Below, piece by piece: positions 27,443-30,672 of a DNA stretch of 30,672 nt. Source of the DNA: Synechococcus sp. (GTDB taxonomy: Bacteria; Cyanobacteriota; Cyanobacteriia; Thermostichales; PCC-7336); contig JBFRWD010000049.1 of the NCBI GenBank assembly GCA_051439425.1, forward strand, positions 1 to 30,672. The letters run 5' to 3'. Position 1 is the first letter of the stretch. Each line of letters begins with the position of its first letter. The notes under the pieces were generated by a model that worked only from the letters and a program-made list of their open reading frames with translations, had not been told where the DNA came from and made no database searches. The translations under genes were made by a program, and so were the position numbers.

Positions 27443-29578
27443 CTAGCCATGATGACCAGTCAAAGACTGGGTCTTGTGAAACAGGTATTGAGTCATTTCG
27501 GCGATGTTAGGATACTCCCAGAATAAAGTAGGCTCTAAATTGCAACCGAGCCAATCAGCAAGCTCCCCGGTCAAACTCATTGCCACAGAAGAATCAAGTC
27601 CATATGAAGAAAATGGAGCTTCAATGTCAATTTCATCGGGATCAACTTGAGAAATAGTTGCAAGACGTTCAATCAACCAATCTTGAATTGAGTCTTCAGA
27701 TACAGTGTCCACATCGCTAGGCTCTTCTTTGTCTGAAGTTTCTTCAACACTATCTTGATATCGAGTCTTTTCTTCAAGATTTTCCACTGCCTTGGGAGGA
27801 TTCACCACTTCAAGCCGGGATGGGTTCGTACTGAGACGCCACTCACCAACAATGTTAAGGTCACCGACAATTAAGCCCTTGCGACAGGCATAGCGCTGAA
27901 TTTTTCCACTAGAGGTTTTGGGGATACTGGCAGTCTTCAAGAGGGCAATTACAGCTACTGATAAATCATGCTGCTCTGCGATCGCCTGACGAATTGCTGT
28001 GGTAATCTCGCCAACATTGAGGTTGCGGAGATAGGTGCGCTCAACCTCCTGAACCACAACTAGACGCTCGACTCCATCCACCTCCATCGAAAATGCGGCT
28101 CCACATTCCGGACGTAAGGCCGGGTGACTCTGTGACACGTTCAACTCAATATCCTGGGGGTAATGATTGCGGCCCCACAGAATAATCAAATCCTTCAAGC
28201 GGCCAGTAATAAACAGTTCTTCTCCTCGCAGAAATCCTAAATCACCGGTGCGCAAGTAAGGGCCATCCTGGCTATTAGCTAAATAGGCTTTAAATGTGGC
28301 CTCAGTCTGCTCCGGGCGTTGCCAATACCCCTTTGCCACACTGGCACCAGCCACCCAGATTTCCCCAATCTGATCGGACGCACAAGGTAGGCGGGTTTCC
28401 GGATCGACAATCATTATCTGAGTATTCAGCCTGGAATAACCACATCCCACTAGCGATATCCCCTGATCCTCAGGCTGGATTTCGCGCACCCGATTCTGTT
28501 CCAGCTCCTCGGCCTTTACTGTGCAATAAAATGGATTGGCATTGACATTTCCCCCCGATACCATGAGTGTAGACTCTGCCATTCCGTAGCAAGGATAGAA
28601 AAAGCGAGGCAGAAATCCACAGGGACTAAACTTACTGGCAAAATTCTTCAGTGTTTTCTGGCGCACTGGTTCAGCCCCACTGTAAGCACTCTGCCAGGTG
28701 CCTAAATCGAGGTTCTGTAGCTCCTTTACTGGAATTTTTTGCGTGCAGATTTCATACCCCAAGTTCGGCCCACCACAATGCGTTGCTCCATAGTGCGAGA
28801 TGGCCCGTAACCAGCGAATGGGCTTTTGCATGAATGCCTCAGGCGGCATCAACACTCCGAGAAAGCCCGTGTAGAGCGGTTGAATAACTCCATCAATCAA
28901 CCCCATATCGTGGAAACTGGGCAGCCAGCTGACGGAGACACTTGCTGATGAGAGTTCAAAGGCTTTCCGGATATACTCTGAGTTGTGCAGGATATTGCTA
29001 TGGCTCACCATTACTCCTTTAGGGGTGCCTGTTGAGCCGGAGGTGTACTGCAAAAAAGCCAGGGTTTCAGGTAATGCCGAGGGCGGTTGCCAGCCGGCAG
29101 CTTGAATATCTGTCAGGCTATCGGTAGCTAGCCATTGCATATCTCTTAATGCTTGAGCTTTTCCGGGTCGTAGTTGAATACTGGCGAGCAGTTCAGTTGT
29201 TGTAAGGGCGATCGCCGCCTGGGCGTCTATAACAATAGCCTGCAAGCGAGATAATCGTTGATTGCTCCGGGGTGGATAAGCGGGAACCGCAATCACTCCG
29301 GCATATAGACAACCAAAGAAGGCGGCAATGAAATCTAACCCTTGAGGGTAAAGGAGCAACGCCCGCTCACCACGAGCAATCAGGGTCTGTAAACGAGCCG
29401 CAATTTTTCGTGCTTGCCAATCCAGTTCACCATAGGTCCAATGCCCTGTCTCAGTTTCGCCATCTGATAGGAAAGTGTAGGCTCGCTGGTCAGGTTGGTG
29501 ATTAGATCGCCATCGCAGCAATTCCACTAAGCTAGAGAGCTCAGCCGGCAACTGTACCTCAGTGGTTTGACTAATCAT
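27443..29578 (-). CDS. Fatty acyl-AMP ligase fused to acyl carrier protein (FAAL-ACP)
   Basis: AFLQYTSGSTGTPKGV, SWLPSFHDMGLI, PCYGMAESTL, LRTGDLGF, ITGRLKDLII, NHYPQDIE, PKTSSGKIQR; C-terminal ACP FSSYGLDS. Confidence 0.95.
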   Translation of the reverse strand: MISQTTEVQLPAELSSLVELLRWRSNHQPDQRAYTFLSDGETETGHWTYGELDWQARKIAARLQTLIARGERALLLYPQGLDFIAAFFGCLYAGVIAVPAYPPRSNQRLSRLQAIVIDAQAAIALTTTELLASIQLRPGKAQALRDMQWLATDSLTDIQAAGWQPPSALPETLAFLQYTSGSTGTPKGVMVSHSNILHNSEYIRKAFELSSASVSVSWLPSFHDMGLIDGVIQPLYTGFLGVLMPPEAFMQKPIRWLRAISHYGATHCGGPNLGYEICTQKIPVKELQNLDLGTWQSAYSGAEPVRQKTLKNFASKFSPCGFLPRFFYPCYGMAESTLMVSGGNVNANPFYCTVKAEELEQNRVREIQPEDQGISLVGCGYSRLNTQIMIVDPETRLPCASDQIGEIWVAGASVAKGYWQRPEQTEATFKAYLANSQDGPYLRTGDLGFLRGEELFITGRLKDLIILWGRNHYPQDIELNVSQSHPALRPECGAAFSMEVDGVERLVVVQEVERTYLRNLNVGEITTAIRQAIAEQHDLSVAVIALLKTASIPKTSSGKIQRYACRKGLIVGDLNIVGEWRLSTNPSRLEVVNPPKAVENLEEKTRYQDSVEETSDKEEPSDVDTVSEDSIQDWLIERLATISQVDPDEIDIEAPFSSYGLDSSVAMSLTGELADWLGCNLEPTLFWEYPNIAEMTQYLFHKTQSLTGHHG

Positions 29579-29764
29579 CAGCCTCTCTCAATCTGATAAA
29601 AAAACTTTCAGTGCAGAAATTTTAAAGGGGCCATGGAGCCCTCAATTCCCCCCCCCTACTCATTTAATTAGGCCATGTTATCTAAACACAACCCACAAGT
29701 AGGTGATGTTATCAGTTTTACCTATTCAAAATGTAGCTGAACTTAATGCTTGGGTAGTGCCTCA

Positions 29765-29849
29765 GGTACTGTTGCAAACCTCGGAGTACCTGAAGAGAGA
29801 TGGTAGTGTGAGCCCCTGTGCTTCCCTTGATTAGCGACCGTATGCCAGC
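29765..29849 (+). mobile_element. Left-end fragment of a second IS6-family copy
   Basis: Begins GGTACTGTTGCAAA; 29765-29848 matches the reverse complement of 22904-22987 at 76/84 nt; breaks off just after the transposase ATG (29842). Confidence 0.88.
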
Positions 29850-29863
29850 TGCAAAATGACCGA

Positions 29864-29968
29864 AACTTCGGCACCGAATTCACGCGTAACTTCGGCAGGC
29901 AAATACAGCCAAACTTCAGCACCTAATTGACGCCATCTTCGGCAGGCGATTCACGCATAACTTCAGCC
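29864..29968 (+). repeat. Five A(A/T)CTTCRGC(A/C) repeats with 23-24 bp period (IS21 terminal repeats)
   Basis: AACTTCGGCA 29864, AACTTCGGCA 29888, AACTTCAGCA 29912, ATCTTCGGCA 29935, AACTTCAGCC 29959. Confidence 0.85.
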
Positions 29969-30002
29969 CCCATAATCAGAGTTCATGAGTAACGCGAGAG
30001 GA

Positions 30003-30556
30003 ATGGGTGGAAAGAAACACCGAGGCCAAGGAGGCCTTCTGCCGATGGTGATATTTCGAGAAATCTTGCGACTCTACGAGCCGGGGTACAACCAATCGGA
30101 GATCGCCCGTAGCTGTTTGGTGGCGGAGCCATCGTGCAAGATTACATCCGACGAGCGAAAGCCAAAAGCCTGATGTTCGAACAACTGCAACAGTTAAGTG
30201 ATAGCGAGGCTCAAACTCTTCTGGGAAAAGGTCAGCAAAAAACGCCAAGACCAGCAGCCCAATTTGAATTCGGGCGCGTGCACCGAGAGTTAAGCCATAA
30301 AGGTGTAACTCTCGCCCTGCTCTGGCAGGAGGGACTAGACCGTCAAGAGTGGGACTGTAGTTACGGCAACTTTTGTCGTCGCTACAACCAGTGGAAACGT
30401 CGTCACAACTTATCGATGCGGCAGGTGTACCGATGCGATGACAAACTGCTGGTGGATTACTGCGGGAAAACGGTGGAAGTGGTTGACCCACAAACCGGCG
30501 ATCTGACTACAGCTCAGATTTTTGTGGCTTGTTTGGGTGCGAGCAACTACACCTTC
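30003..30556 (+). pseudogene. istA: IS21-family transposase IstA, frameshifted and 3'-truncated
   Basis: MVIFREILRL..GYNQSEIARSCLVA, 1-nt frameshift near 30126, then VQDYIRRA..ELSHKGVTLALLWQE..SYGNFCRRY..SMRQVY..VDYCG..IFVACLGASNYTF; similarity then ends with a stop at 30568. Confidence 0.9.
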
Positions 30557-30672
30557 ACAGGAAAGTAGGAGTGACAGTAGGCTAGATGGCCCAAGTAGAA
30601 GTCCACTCGGTTACTTTGAGGCTTCTGGGCTGATGTTGCCGTATCAACCTGAGTGGCCAATCCCGCTTCGGT

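Larger units (their letters stand above)
29850..30556 (+). mobile_element. IS21-family element, left part
   Basis: Starts TG exactly where IS6 homology stops, followed by a 23-24-bp-period repeat array and an istA-like frame. Confidence 0.85.

Noticed and set aside
22946..29578. Olefin synthase (Ols) or jamaicamide-type alkyne starter
   Set aside because: Lacks the AT, KR and sulfotransferase of Ols and the desaturase of JamABC-type cassettes.
29864..29968. Regularly spaced repeats as a CRISPR array or iterons
   Set aside because: Core about 10 bp with a 23-24 bp period is too short for repeat-spacer units; no cas or rep gene; position before istA fits IS21 terminal repeats.
29976..30491. 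171-aa minus-strand ORF
   Set aside because: Antisense to the istA pseudogene.
30558..30576. CAGGAAAGTAGGAGTGACA resembles CAGGAAAGTGTTGAGTGACA inside the IS6 end at 22616
   Set aside because: Short gapped match, no GGxxCTGTTG terminus, and the adjoining frames are not IS6-transposase-like.

Overview
Cyanobacterial chromosomal window: about 19 HIP1 GCGATCGC sites, and a ferrochelatase without the CAB domain suggests an early-branching lineage. Bases 1-22.5 kb are mostly housekeeping or conserved genes: ilvC start, coaBC, larB/cpmA, TerC, hemH, DUF2301, tRNA-Met, FHA, pentapeptide, DUF924, grxC-gshB, DUF1565 and a SagB-type dehydrogenase. Three things in that part are unusual: a 1208-aa fusion of a degenerate O-antigen-ligase-like domain, a long acidic linker, MshEN-like motifs and a STAS domain lacking its phospho-Ser; a sensor kinase whose phospho-acceptor His is replaced by Asn; and four diverged copies of a ~105-bp intergenic repeat. 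Bases 22.6-30.7 kb form an accessory island. A three-gene fatty-acyl pathway (FAAL-ACP, cytochrome P450, AT-less KS with a Cys-His-Asn triad fused to a carrier domain and thioesterase) is bracketed by two inverted IS6-family ends. The left IS6 copy is internally deleted and supplies the PKS stop codon. The right copy is interrupted by a frameshifted, truncated IS21-family element. All family calls come from recognising motifs by eye; no searches were run.
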